Source of the DNA: Synechococcus sp.
GTDB lineage: Bacteria; Cyanobacteriota; Cyanobacteriia; PCC-6307; Cyanobiaceae
Assembly (NCBI GenBank): GCA_047285305.1
Contig: JBJBDL010000003.1
Coordinates: 1,344,001-1,408,000 of the forward strand
Reading direction: 5' to 3'
DNA length: 64,000 bases
The notes under the pieces were generated by a model that was not told the origin of the DNA, did no database searches, and saw only the letters and a list, made by a program, of their open reading frames with translations. The translations under genes and the position numbers were made by a program. Positions within the stretch are counted from its first letter, which is position 1; each line of letters opens with the position of its first letter. Of the stretch, positions 23,889 through 33,392 are shown in pieces.

Positions 23889-25862
23889 GTGACCGACGCC
23901 AACACCACCATAGAAAGCGTGCTGCAGGAGCAGCGGGTGTTCGAGCCGCCAGCAGACACCGCCGCCAAAGCGCGCATCGGCAGCCTCGATGCCTACAGGG
24001 CCATGGCCGATGCCGCCAAAAACGATCCCGATGCGTTCTGGGGTGAGGCCGCCCGCCGAGAACTGCATTGGTTCGAGCCCTTCCACACCGTGCTCGATTG
24101 GTCGAATCCTCCGTTCGCGCGCTGGTTTGAGGGAGGGACCACGAACCTCTCCTACAACTGCCTGGACCGTCATCTCGAAGGGCCAACGGCGCAGAAGACA
24201 GCGTTGATCTGGGAAGGAGAACCGGGGGATGTGCGCCGGTTCACTTACCAGGAACTGCATGCCGAGGTGTGCAAAGCCGCCAATGGCCTTAAGGCCATGG
24301 ACATCGGCAAGGGTGACCTTGTGGCGCTCTACATGCCGATGGTGCCTGAGGCGGCGATCGCCATGCTCGCCTGCGCGCGTATTGGTGCTCCCCATTCAGT
24401 GGTGTTCGGTGGCTTTTCCGCTGAAGCCCTGAGGGACCGGCTCAACGATGGCGAAGTGAAAGCGGTGATCACCGCTGATGGCGGGTTCCGCAAGGACAAG
24501 CCGGTGTCACTTAAGCCCGCGGTGGATGCGGCGCTGGCCAATGGCGCCTGCCCCTCAGTGACCGGCGTGCTTGTGGTGCAGCGCACCAAGCAGGACGTTG
24601 AGATGGTCTCCGGTCGAGATCAGTGGTGGCATGACCTGGTGGAGGGTCAGAGTGCCGACTGCCCCGCTGAGCCGATGGCCAGCGAGGACCGCTTGTTCGT
24701 GCTCTATACCTCCGGCTCCACCGGCAAGCCCAAGGGCGTTGTGCACACCACCGCCGGCTACAACCTCTGGGCCCACCTCACCTTCAAGTGGATCTTCGAC
24801 ATTCGGGATGAGGATGTCTTCTGGTGTACGGCCGATGTGGGTTGGATCACCGGCCACAGCTACATCGTCTACGGCCCCTTGTCGAACGGTGCAACGACGG
24901 TGATGTACGAGGGTGCACCGCGCCCGTCCAAGCCCGGTGCTTTCTGGGAGTTGATCCAAAAGCACGGAATCACAATTTTCTATACGGCTCCCACCGCAAT
25001 CCGGGCGTTCATGAAGAGCGGACGCTCCGTTCCGGATCAGTTCGACATGAGCAGCCTCCGGCTGCTCGGCACCGTCGGCGAACCTATCAATCCGGAGGCC
25101 TGGATGTGGTACCGCGACGTGATTGGAGGCAACCGCTGCCCGATCGTCGACACCTGGTGGCAGACCGAAACTGGCGGGGTGATGATCAGCCCCCTGCCTG
25201 GTGCAACGCCCACCAAGCCCGGCTCCGCCACCTTGCCCCTGCCCGGCATTCAGGCCGACATCATCGATGCGGAAGGCAACAGCTGTGGTGCCGATGAAGG
25301 CGGGTACCTGGCGGTGCGTGCCCCCTGGCCTGGAATGATGCGCACTGTGCATGGCAACCCCCAACGCTTCCGCGAGAGCTATTGGGAGCACATCCGGCCT
25401 GCCGATGGTTCCTATCTTTATTTCGCGGGGGATGGTGCCCGGCGGGATGCTGATGGCTACTTCTGGGTGATGGGTCGCGTCGATGACGTGATCAACGTCT
25501 CGGGCCACCGTCTCGGCACGATGGAAATTGAATCAGCCCTGGTCAGTCACCCTGCGGTGGCGGAGGCGGCCGTCGTGGGTCGGCCCGACGACCTCAAGGG
25601 CGAAGGCATCGTGGCCTTCGTCACCCTGGAGGTGGGCCGCGAGGGCGATGACGCGCTGGTGAAAGAGTTGCGCGCCCACGTGGGAACAGAAATCGGTCCG
25701 ATTGCCCGGCCGGATGAGATCCGTTGCAGTGATGCCCTGCCCAAGACCCGCAGCGGCAAGATCATGCGCCGGATTCTGCGGGCCCTGGCGGCGGGTCAGG
25801 AGGTGAGTGGCGACACCAGCACCCTGGAAGATCGCTCCGTTCTGGATCGCCTCAGGGCCTGA
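23889..25862 (+). CDS. acs: acetyl-CoA synthetase
   Basis: [18 protein letters not shown] and [12 protein letters not shown]. Confidence 0.97.
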   Translation: MTDANTTIESVLQEQRVFEPPADTAAKARIGSLDAYRAMADAAKNDPDAFWGEAARRELHWFEPFHTVLDWSNPPFARWFEGGTTNLSYNCLDRHLEGPTAQKTALIWEGEPGDVRRFTYQELHAEVCKAANGLKAMDIGKGDLVALYMPMVPEAAIAMLACARIGAPHSVVFGGFSAEALRDRLNDGEVKAVITADGGFRKDKPVSLKPAVDAALANGACPSVTGVLVVQRTKQDVEMVSGRDQWWHDLVEGQSADCPAEPMASEDRLFVLYTSGSTGKPKGVVHTTAGYNLWAHLTFKWIFDIRDEDVFWCTADVGWITGHSYIVYGPLSNGATTVMYEGAPRPSKPGAFWELIQKHGITIFYTAPTAIRAFMKSGRSVPDQFDMSSLRLLGTVGEPINPEAWMWYRDVIGGNRCPIVDTWWQTETGGVMISPLPGATPTKPGSATLPLPGIQADIIDAEGNSCGADEGGYLAVRAPWPGMMRTVHGNPQRFRESYWEHIRPADGSYLYFAGDGARRDADGYFWVMGRVDDVINVSGHRLGTMEIESALVSHPAVAEAAVVGRPDDLKGEGIVAFVTLEVGREGDDALVKELRAHVGTEIGPIARPDEIRCSDALPKTRSGKIMRRILRALAAGQEVSGDTSTLEDRSVLDRLRA

Positions 25863-26586
25863 TCGCCTGGCCGATGGTTCGGCTCAGCTGACGGATGACC
25901 GCCACCCGCTTGGGGTCATCCGCCCAGTCTCCGAGAAAGCTTCGCCGCAGCCCTGCACTGGCCGGGGTGAGGTGATCGCCTGGCAGCTCCAGGGTTGAGC
26001 TGGCGTCGGAAGGACGTTCTCGCAGGGCCTGAATCAGATCGCCGCTTTGATCCAGTTCATCGCGCCCGAAGCGCACCACCAGATTCCGCTCCTGTATGTA
26101 GTGGCGGCTGATCAAGCGAAGCGTTTCAGCTGGGCTTGGGCTGAACTCGGTTTCCACCCCGAGCCTTGGTGCCAGTTCCCCCAGCAAGGGAATCGAGCGA
26201 TCGGCGTTGAAGTTGTTGAAGCTCAGGGCCACCAGAGCCCTGCTGCCGCGACCCCCATCGGGGGCCAGCAGGTGAAGCTTGCAACCCAGGCTGTGGCCAA
26301 GCCGCAGCGGAGCTCCAAAGGCCCCGCAGCGCACCTCAAGTTGGTGACGCGCTGAGCGGAAGGCACTCCAGGCATCGCGGGCCTGACGTTGATGATCGAA
26401 CCCAGGCACATAGGCCCAGGCATGAACAGCCAACCCGTCCGCCGCAAGGTCTTCAAGCAGCCTGCGGTAGCTGATCTGGGGGGTGGCCGCCAGATAGCTG
26501 CCGCCGATGAATTCGATCAATCCCGTGGGTTCGGCCGGCCGCAGTTGCCAGATCGCACCCAGCTGACGCCAGTTGGCCATGCTCAA
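25852..26586 (-). CDS. DUF1350-family alpha/beta hydrolase
   Basis: FIGGS..A..PQISY, GHSLG nucleophile elbow, GDHLTP. Confidence 0.85.
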   Translation of the reverse strand: MSMANWRQLGAIWQLRPAEPTGLIEFIGGSYLAATPQISYRRLLEDLAADGLAVHAWAYVPGFDHQRQARDAWSAFRSARHQLEVRCGAFGAPLRLGHSLGCKLHLLAPDGGRGSRALVALSFNNFNADRSIPLLGELAPRLGVETEFSPSPAETLRLISRHYIQERNLVVRFGRDELDQSGDLIQALRERPSDASSTLELPGDHLTPASAGLRRSFLGDWADDPKRVAVIRQLSRTIGQAIRP

Positions 26587-27038
26587 CCGCGCAGCTGCTT
26601 TAGCACCTGCTGTGCTTCACGCACGTGGGCCGGTCCATCCAGGAGGTTGCTAAAGGTGTGACGGATTACTCCCTCGTCATCAACGATGTAGGTGACGCGA
26701 CCGGGCAGCAGACCAAGGGCTTTGGGCACACCCATCTCGCGGCGCAGGGCGTTGTTGCGGTCGCACAGCAGCGGAAACGTGAGGTTGTGGCGGGTGGCGA
26801 AACGGCGGTGGCTGACGGCGTCATCACCGCTGATGCCCCAGACCTCAGCATCGAGTGCAGCAAAGCTCTCTGTGTTGTCGCGGAAGCTGCAGGCTTCAGC
26901 TGTGCAGCCGGGTGTGTCGTCCTTGGGATAGAAGAACAGCACCAGCCAGCGGCCCTGCACCGAAGCGGGAGTGCGAAGGTCACCGTTCTGATCCTCCAGG
27001 CTGAAGGAGGGGAGCCGATCGCCGATCCCGAGGGCCAT
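26583..27038 (-). CDS. peroxiredoxin (BCP/PrxQ)
   Basis: FFYPKDDTPGCTAEAC. Confidence 0.95.
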   Translation of the reverse strand: MALGIGDRLPSFSLEDQNGDLRTPASVQGRWLVLFFYPKDDTPGCTAEACSFRDNTESFAALDAEVWGISGDDAVSHRRFATRHNLTFPLLCDRNNALRREMGVPKALGLLPGRVTYIVDDEGVIRHTFSNLLDGPAHVREAQQVLKQLRG

Positions 27039-27123
27039 TTGATTGAAATGAAGAGGTTGAACCTTAGGCAGCAGGCACCTTGCCCGGGGCGGGAGAATCA
27101 GGGGCGGGAGGAGTCACTGCGCC

Positions 27124-27966
27124 ATGCCTGAACAGCTCGATTTGCTTGCGGGATTTTCAAGGCCTCAGGCGGAGCCCCAAACAGCGGCAACGCTGTTGCC
27201 TGCTCCGCAGGCCGCTGAACCCGCGGCCAAGGCTGATCAGCCCGAGGATGCGCCAGAGGCCTCCCCGACCACCCTGCTAATCATCGACACCGAGACCTCC
27301 GGTTTGGATCCGCAGCAGGACCAATGCCTTGAGCTGGGCTGCATTTTGTTTGATGTGCCGAGTCGTTCGGTGCTGGCCCAGCAATCGTTTCTTTTGCCGG
27401 TGGACTCCAACGCGGCAGAGGCGATCAACCGGATCCCCGCCGCCGTCACCCGCAGGCCTCAGCCCTGGCGGGAGGCGCTGGTGTGGTTTGAGCATCTGCT
27501 TGAAGCTGCCGATCTGCTGGTGGCCCATAACGCGGCATTCGATCGCCAGTGGTTCGGTCTAGGCGTTGTGCCGGCCACCGCAACACGGTGGCTTTGCACC
27601 ATGGAAGACATCCGCTGGCCGGCGGAGCGTCAGTTGCGTTCGCGGCCGTCGGTGCGGGACCTGGCCTTGGCCTACGGCGTCCCGGTTTGGGCGGCCCACC
27701 GAGCCCTCAGCGATTGCATCTACATCGCGGAAGTCCTCGCCCGCTGTGACGATCTTGAGCAGCTGTTGGAGCGGGGCCTGGAACCCCGCAAGTTGATGCG
27801 TGCACGGGTGTCGTTCGAAGAACGCCACCTCGCCAAAGCAGCGGGTTTCCGTTGGAACGATCCGATCAAGGGGGCCTGGACCCGTCGTTTGAGCGATCGT
27901 GAAGTGGCGGAGCTGGAGTTTCCGGTAGCGCCCCTTGAGCTCGAAGCCGATCGGCTCAGCGACTGA
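27124..27966 (+). CDS. DEDDh 3'-5' exonuclease (DnaQ-like)
   Basis: IDTETSG, AHNAAFD and HRALSD. Confidence 0.92.
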   Translation: MPEQLDLLAGFSRPQAEPQTAATLLPAPQAAEPAAKADQPEDAPEASPTTLLIIDTETSGLDPQQDQCLELGCILFDVPSRSVLAQQSFLLPVDSNAAEAINRIPAAVTRRPQPWREALVWFEHLLEAADLLVAHNAAFDRQWFGLGVVPATATRWLCTMEDIRWPAERQLRSRPSVRDLALAYGVPVWAAHRALSDCIYIAEVLARCDDLEQLLERGLEPRKLMRARVSFEERHLAKAAGFRWNDPIKGAWTRRLSDREVAELEFPVAPLELEADRLSD

Positions 27967-28045
27967 GCCTGCGCATTTGCTTCAGCACTCCGAAGCGTCT
28001 GGGTGATTTTGCGGAGAGTGCTGCTGAACGCAGCAGGCTGAAGCC

Positions 28046-28315
28046 ATGACGGCTTTTCTGCACCCCCATCAACGCCCCATCCGCTCCCGCCTGCGTCAAT
28101 GGCAGCAGGTGCGCACCTGGGCGCGTTTGATTCGTGAAGCCGAAGCGCTCTGGCATGTTGATGTGCGTGCGCTGCGACGCATGGGGGCGGATGAACTCAG
28201 CCAGTTGATTGAGGAGGTCCCCCCCCCCCATCGCAAACGGGTGAACCGCTGGCTGCGCTGTTATTCGGTCGCAACACGGCTCACCGTCGCCTCCACCGTC
28301 GTTCCCACCGCCTGA
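28046..28315 (+). CDS. hypothetical protein (89 aa)
   Basis: ATG-start ORF co-oriented between the exonuclease and pstS. Confidence 0.7.
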   Translation: MTAFLHPHQRPIRSRLRQWQQVRTWARLIREAEALWHVDVRALRRMGADELSQLIEEVPPPHRKRVNRWLRCYSVATRLTVASTVVPTA

Positions 28316-28362
28316 GCCTGGATCAACGACGCGGGAGGATCGATCAAATTACTCAAACGGTT

Positions 28363-29343
28363 TTGGCACATCATTCCCTGGTTGTTTCAAGCCTGAGCGT
28401 TCTCGCTGTTGGCCTCGCCGCTTGTGGTGGTAGTTCCAGTGTGTCCAGCCTTAATGCGGCGGGGGCCTCCTTCCCCGCCAAGGTGTACCAGAGCTGGTTC
28501 GCCGAGCTCGCCGGCTCCGGTGGAATCAAGGTGAACTACCAGGCGGTGGGTTCCGGTTCCGGCCGTAAAGCCTTCATCGATGGCACCGTGGATTTTGCCG
28601 CTTCGGACGACCCGATCAAGGAGGCTGACCGCAAGCAGGTGAGCCAAGGGGTGGTTCAGATCCCGATGGTGGGGGGGACGATCGCCTTCGGTTACAACAA
28701 GCCCGGTTGCAACCTGAAGCTCACCCAAGAGCAGGCTGTGGAGGTGGCCACCGGCGCCATCAGCGATTGGAAGGAGCTCGGCTGCGAAGCGGGCACGATC
28801 ACCTGGGTGCATCGCTCGGATGGCTCCGGCACCACCAAGGCCTTCACCAACTCGCTGCAGACCTTTTCACCGGATTGGACCCTCGGCAGCGGTAAATCGG
28901 TGAAGTGGCCGGTTGGCGTGGGTGCCAAGGGCAACTCGGGCGTTGCCGGGGTGATCGACAACCGGGTTGGCGCGATCGGCTATGTGAATCAGTCGTACAT
29001 CAAGGGGAATGTGCAGGCTGCTGCGTTGCAGAACAAATCCGGGGAATTCCTCAAGCCCTCCGTGGAGGCTGGTGCTAAGGCCCTCAACGGCATTGAGCTT
29101 GATCAGTACCTGGCGGGCAGCAACCCCAACCCCTCCGCTGCTGGTGCCTACCCCATCGCAACACTCACCTGGGTGTTGGCCTATGCCGAGGGCAATGGCG
29201 CCAAAGCTGAAGCTGTGAAGAAGGTCTTCAACTACATGCTGGAAGATTCCACCCAGGAGGGTGCTGCGGTGCTGGGCTTTGTGCCTCTCCGGGGCAACAT
29301 CCTCGAACAATCCCGCAGTGCGGTGGCAGGCATTCAGCCTTGA
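28363..29343 (+). CDS. pstS: phosphate ABC transporter substrate-binding protein (lipoprotein type)
   Basis: AGASFP, GSGSG, ASD and RSDGSGTT; lipobox LAAC. Confidence 0.95.
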   Translation: MAHHSLVVSSLSVLAVGLAACGGSSSVSSLNAAGASFPAKVYQSWFAELAGSGGIKVNYQAVGSGSGRKAFIDGTVDFAASDDPIKEADRKQVSQGVVQIPMVGGTIAFGYNKPGCNLKLTQEQAVEVATGAISDWKELGCEAGTITWVHRSDGSGTTKAFTNSLQTFSPDWTLGSGKSVKWPVGVGAKGNSGVAGVIDNRVGAIGYVNQSYIKGNVQAAALQNKSGEFLKPSVEAGAKALNGIELDQYLAGSNPNPSAAGAYPIATLTWVLAYAEGNGAKAEAVKKVFNYMLEDSTQEGAAVLGFVPLRGNILEQSRSAVAGIQP

Positions 29344-29374
29344 ACCCGAACTCTTGATTGAGTGAACGTCATGC

Positions 29375-29404
29375 CCCGGTTTGGATGGCCAAGCCGGGTT
29401 CTTT
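29375..29404 (+). terminator. terminator-like hairpin between the pstS copies
   Basis: CCCGGTTTGG-ATGG-CCAAGCCGGG then TTCTTT. Confidence 0.6.
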
Positions 29405-29431
29405 GAAGTTTTTACTTGCTGTTCGGCCATC

Positions 29432-29460
29432 TTTAACCCTTGTTAATACCCCATTAACGA
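29432..29460 (+). promoter_or_regulatory. putative Pho box (PhoB/SphR)
   Basis: Three TTAA-core repeats TTTAACCC / GTTAATAC / ATTAACGA at 10-11 bp spacing, upstream of the second pstS; resembles the cyanobacterial PyTTAAPyPy(T/A) repeat. Confidence 0.7.
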
Positions 29461-29513
29461 CATCCAGTTCGATGGCCGATTAGGTCTTAGTTGCAACAGT
29501 CCTCTTTCTGGTT

Positions 29514-30491
29514 GTGACTCGTTTCGCTCAAAAGGCTCTCCTCTGCACCTCCGTTCTTGCGCTTGGAGCAAGCATGCCGGCTTCTGCTGCTGAACGGCTC
29601 AATGGCGCAGGTGCGTCTTTCCCCGCCAAGATTTATCAGCGTTGGTTCGCTGATCTCGCTAAGGCTGGCGGCCCTAAAGTTAACTACCAGGCTGTGGGTT
29701 CCGGTTCCGGCCGCAAAGCCTTCATCGACCAGACCGTGAACTTCGGTGCATCGGATGATCCGATGAAGAAGAAGGATATGGAGAAGGTCACCCGTGGCGT
29801 GGTCCAGATCCCGATGGTGGGTGGCACCATCGCCTTCGGTTACAACAAGCCCGGTTGCAACCTGAAGCTCACCCAAGAGCAGGCTGTGAAGGTTGCCATG
29901 GGCATGATCAAGAACTGGAAGGAGCTCGGCTGCAAGCCCGGCACCCTCACCTGGGTGCACCGTTCCGATGGCTCTGGCACCACAAAGGCCTTCACCAACT
30001 CCATGCAGGCCTTCTCCAAGACCTGGACCCTCGGCACCGGTAAATCCGTGAGGTGGCCCGCTGGTGTTGGCGCCAAGGGCAATTCCGGCGTAGCTGGCTT
30101 GATCCAGAACCGTGAAGGCGCGATCGGTTACGTGAACCAGTCGTACATCAAGGGCAAGGTGGTTGCCGCCGCTCTTCAGAACAAATCTGGTGAGTTCCTC
30201 AAGCCCTCCGTAGCTGCGGGTGCCAAGGCCCTCAATGGCATCAGCCTGGACAAGGACTTGGCTGGCAAGAACCCCAACCCCACCGCTAAAGGCGCTTATC
30301 CCATCGCAACCCTCACCTGGGTTCTGGCGTATGAGAATGGGAACGGTCCCCGAGCCAAAGTTGTTCGGGAAGCCTTTAATTACATGCTGAGCGACGCTGC
30401 GCAGGACAAAGCACCTTCCCTGGGCTTCGTTCCTCTTAAGGGAGACATCCTGGCCAAGTCCAAGGCCGCTGTGAACAAGATCGGCAAATGA
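29514..30491 (+). CDS. pstS: phosphate ABC transporter substrate-binding protein (SPase I-type signal)
   Basis: GAGASFP, GSGSG and RSDGSGTT; ASA-A cleavage site. Confidence 0.96.
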   Translation: MTRFAQKALLCTSVLALGASMPASAAERLNGAGASFPAKIYQRWFADLAKAGGPKVNYQAVGSGSGRKAFIDQTVNFGASDDPMKKKDMEKVTRGVVQIPMVGGTIAFGYNKPGCNLKLTQEQAVKVAMGMIKNWKELGCKPGTLTWVHRSDGSGTTKAFTNSMQAFSKTWTLGTGKSVRWPAGVGAKGNSGVAGLIQNREGAIGYVNQSYIKGKVVAAALQNKSGEFLKPSVAAGAKALNGISLDKDLAGKNPNPTAKGAYPIATLTWVLAYENGNGPRAKVVREAFNYMLSDAAQDKAPSLGFVPLKGDILAKSKAAVNKIGK

Positions 30492-30525
30492 TCTTGGCTT
30501 GAATTGGTTTTCAAAACCAATTATC

Positions 30526-30550
30526 AAAGGGCCCCTTGGGGCCCTTTTTT
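30526..30550 (+). terminator. intrinsic terminator after pstS
   Basis: AAAGGGCCCC-TT-GGGGCCCTTT continuing into a T run. Confidence 0.85.
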
Positions 30551-30580
30551 ATGGGCTGAATGATTTGAATTTCGATCAGT

Positions 30581-30599
30581 GTTAGAGCCTTCTTAACCG
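30581..30599 (+). promoter_or_regulatory. possible Pho box half-sites upstream of the CRP regulator
   Basis: GTTAGAGC-N3-CTTAACCG at 11-bp spacing. Confidence 0.4.
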
Positions 30600-30671
30600 A
30601 ATCTCTCCCGGCTCTTTGTTGGGAATCGATGTTGTCCTCAATACAGTTTTGCTGGATTCACGGGATTCCAA

Positions 30672-31307
30672 ATGCTTGCCACTCCGTCGGCTGATCTGAG
30701 TTCAAAAGCTCTGGGTTTCAAGGCGTTTCTTGAAAGCAGCTACGACAATCGCAATGTTGTTCATGTCACCTCGGGAAGTTTCGTTCCTCTGCTGAAGAAC
30801 AGCGTTTGGTTTGTGGTTCGCGGCATGGTGAAGCTCGGGGCGCTGTCAGTGCATGGTGATGAGCTGGTGCTTGGCCTGGTGGGTCCCAATGAACCCTTCG
30901 GTGCCGCATTCACCAATGTGGAGGCCTATGAGGCTGTAGCGCTCACCGATTGCGATCTGCTCTGCTGCAATCTGGCGGAGCTGGAGCAGTCTCCTCAGTT
31001 AGCGCTTGGTTTGGCCAAGGCCATGGCTGCTCGCTACCGCCAGGCGGAGTCGCTCCTGGCCCTGCTGGGGCTGCGTCGCGTTGAAGAACGGGTCCGGGGC
31101 TTTTTGGAGCTCCTTGCTAAGGACTTTGGCGAACCCTGTGAGGCCGGGTTGCGGCTCAACCTTCGCTTGACTCATCAGGAGATCGCCAGTGCTCTCAGCA
31201 CCACACGGGTGACAGTGACCCGCGTGTTGGGGCAGTTGCGGGATGAAGGCTGGCTTCAGATTGATGCCTCCAGGCATCTGGTGGTGACTGGCACCGGCCG
31301 CGGCTGA
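30672..31307 (+). CDS. ptrA: CRP/FNR-family transcriptional regulator, PtrA-like
   Basis: C-terminal HTH LTHQEIASALSTTRVTVTRVL; directly downstream of pstS as described for PtrA in marine Synechococcus. Confidence 0.8.
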   Translation: MLATPSADLSSKALGFKAFLESSYDNRNVVHVTSGSFVPLLKNSVWFVVRGMVKLGALSVHGDELVLGLVGPNEPFGAAFTNVEAYEAVALTDCDLLCCNLAELEQSPQLALGLAKAMAARYRQAESLLALLGLRRVEERVRGFLELLAKDFGEPCEAGLRLNLRLTHQEIASALSTTRVTVTRVLGQLRDEGWLQIDASRHLVVTGTGRG

Positions 31308-31311
31308 AGGC

Positions 31312-31341
31312 AAAAAAAAGAGCCGGCGAAACCGCCGGCTC
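31312..31341 (-). terminator. intrinsic terminator (tRNA transcript; may be bidirectional)
   Basis: A8 then GAGCCGGCG-AAAC-CGCCGGCTC. Confidence 0.8.
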
Positions 31342-31387
31342 AAACCCTGAAGTGTTGATGTTCAGGTGGGGAAACAAGAAGGTTGAA

Positions 31388-31461
31388 TCGGAGCGGCGGG
31401 ATTTGAACCCACGACCCCCACTACCCCAAAGTGGTGCGCTACCAAGCTGCGCCACGCCCCG
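31388..31461 (-). tRNA. tRNA-Pro (GGG)
   Basis: Reverse complement CGGGGCGTGGCGCAGCTTGGTAGCGCA-CCACT-TTGGGGT-AGTGG...GGTTCAAATCC-CGCCGCTCCGA; no encoded CCA. Confidence 0.95.
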
Positions 31462-31475
31462 TCAGATTTAAGCTA

Positions 31476-31811
31476 TCACAGTGCATTCTGGCGTCTGAGT
31501 CGCCTAAGCAACCGAGTGGTGAGCTGGTCTCTCGTTGCAGATCCGTAGTGGTACACACGCAGTTCCGCAGCGGCCTGGCGAAGCTCAGCCAGGCTCATCG
31601 CTGCCAGACGCAGCTCGGGCAGGGTGCGCCAGGCTCTTGAGCGCATCGGGAGTGAGGCAGGGCCTTTGGCCTGGCCCAGATTCAGGGTTCCATCGGCCAG
31701 CCATTCGGGGATGAGTACCACCAGAACGGCGATGAGGCCATAGAGCTCCACCAGCCCCCTCGGCAGGGGATGCAGTTGTCGCTGTTCGGATGGATCAGGC
31801 CGTTCACTCAC
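31476..31811 (-). CDS. hypothetical membrane protein
   Basis: GTG start; LHPLPRGLVELYGLIAVLVVLIPEW segment. Confidence 0.7.
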   Translation of the reverse strand: MSERPDPSEQRQLHPLPRGLVELYGLIAVLVVLIPEWLADGTLNLGQAKGPASLPMRSRAWRTLPELRLAAMSLAELRQAAAELRVYHYGSATRDQLTTRLLRRLRRQNAL

Positions 31812-31878
31812 TGCAGAACGGAGGTGTCCTTCTTCACCCACGATCGCACCAACAGGAAGCGTGCCCGCGGGCTGGTGG

Positions 31879-32043
31879 TCAGATTGCCAAAGGTGTTGAT
31901 TTGGGTTGGGAGGGCTCCCGCCACAGCATCGGAGATTGCTGCTCTTGGTTGAAGGAGACACTGCCCAGGATCAGGCCCAGAACCAAAATCAAGGTCAGGG
32001 CGATGGCCAGGATCACCTGCCTATCAGACCAGGGCTCAGGCAT
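31879..32043 (-). CDS. small single-TM hypothetical protein (54 aa)
   Basis: MPEPWSDRQ followed by a strongly hydrophobic helix. Confidence 0.6.
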   Translation of the reverse strand: MPEPWSDRQVILAIALTLILVLGLILGSVSFNQEQQSPMLWREPSQPKSTPLAI

Positions 32044-32077
32044 GACATGGGTCGGGACCTTCCTCATCTTGGCCGAA

Positions 32078-32791
32078 TCAGCCCAGGGCGATGGGGCTGT
32101 TGTCGGATCGAAGCACGCAGTGACTGATGGACCAGTCGTACTTGTCCCAGACTTGCTTCGGGAGTTTGTAGTTCGATCCCTCGAAGTCACCAAGCAGCGT
32201 CTGGGTTGGCATGGCGGAGCAGTAGGGGCGGCTGCCCGGTTTTGCGAGGTACTGCTGGTGATAATCCTCGGCGAAATAGAATGTCTGGTCCGCCAGGATT
32301 TCGGTGGTGATGGCCCCGTAGCCCTTGGCCGAGAGGGCAACTTGATAGGCGTCCCTGCTGGCCAGAGCCAGTTGCAGATGCTCCGGATTGAACGTGTAGA
32401 TGGCTGATCGATATTGGCTGCCGGTGTCGTTGCCTTGCCTGTTGCCCTGGGTGGGGTCGTGGCACTCCCAGAACAGTTTCAGCAGGTCGCTGAAGTCGAG
32501 GGCGGGTCGGCTCCACACCACTCGCACCACTTCCGTGTGCCCGGTTCTGCCGGAGCAGACCTCGTTGTAGCTCGGTTGCTCGGTCTGGCCTCCCGCATAT
32601 CCCACAGCAGTGCTCACCACCCCAGGGAGTCGCCAAAACCCTTTTTCAGCACCCCAAAAGCACCCACAGGCAAAGATTGCTTCCTCCTGGTCGGCCATCA
32701 GTGGGGCCTTCAGCGGCGTTCTCAACACGGCATGCGTTGCCGGTGCTGAGGATTCGGCGCCGCCGCGGGGAGACAGCCAGGAAGGGAGCAT
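32078..32791 (-). CDS. msrA: peptide-methionine (S)-S-oxide reductase
   Basis: GCFWGAE, GHTEVV, HDPTQ..RQGND.G.QYRS and AEDYHQQYL. Confidence 0.96.
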   Translation of the reverse strand: MLPSWLSPRGGAESSAPATHAVLRTPLKAPLMADQEEAIFACGCFWGAEKGFWRLPGVVSTAVGYAGGQTEQPSYNEVCSGRTGHTEVVRVVWSRPALDFSDLLKLFWECHDPTQGNRQGNDTGSQYRSAIYTFNPEHLQLALASRDAYQVALSAKGYGAITTEILADQTFYFAEDYHQQYLAKPGSRPYCSAMPTQTLLGDFEGSNYKLPKQVWDKYDWSISHCVLRSDNSPIALG

Positions 32792-32973
32792 GTTGATTGC
32801 GTCGGTCCGCAGAGCTTAGGCAGCGGATTCAACACCGTGATGCTGTCGTGTGGAGGGCAATCAGTGAACTCTCAGTGATTGCTCCCCAAGTCAAGGATAC
32901 AAAGGAACGAATCAAAGGTTGTCTTGAAGAGTGGCTCTTCTTTGAACAATGTTCTGCAGAAAGGTGCTGATTT

Positions 32974-33294
32974 TTGTCAGCAGTTTTCAGTCTAAATGGC
33001 GCTGTTGCTGAGCCGTCTCGAAGCGATTCTGCGTGTCAGGCGCATTTGACTGTTGGCAACATTGAGAATGTCATCAGGGGTGGAGGAGATTTTGCTAAGG
33101 GCTGGGCCATGGCTAGAAAACAAGACGAATATGATGGATCAATCAATTGCAAGCCATTGATTGATGGCGTGTTGATTAAGAAAGTTGTTTCTGAGAAACA
33201 AAATAGGTTGTTCATTCTGTTGACCCAGAAACCGCGCCTGCGCCAGGAATGTCTGCCCTCAAGCGCGTTGCAGGATGGAAAGAGCTCCTCCTGA
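32974..33294 (+). CDS. hypothetical protein, lower GC, start uncertain
   Basis: 106-aa ORF in a visibly more AT-rich patch. Confidence 0.45.
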   Translation: MSAVFSLNGAVAEPSRSDSACQAHLTVGNIENVIRGGGDFAKGWAMARKQDEYDGSINCKPLIDGVLIKKVVSEKQNRLFILLTQKPRLRQECLPSSALQDGKSSS

Positions 33295-33392
33295 TGGTCG
33301 ACTAAGGGAAAGTGGTCTGGTCCTGCGGAACCATCTCGTGGTAAACGTTCCGGACATGTTGGTAGGCCCTCGTTTCTTGTTGCCGTGAATGC

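Noticed and set aside
31388..31461. tRNA-Pro as an integration site for an island or prophage
   Set aside because: No integrase nearby, and I saw no duplicated tRNA 3' end in the window.
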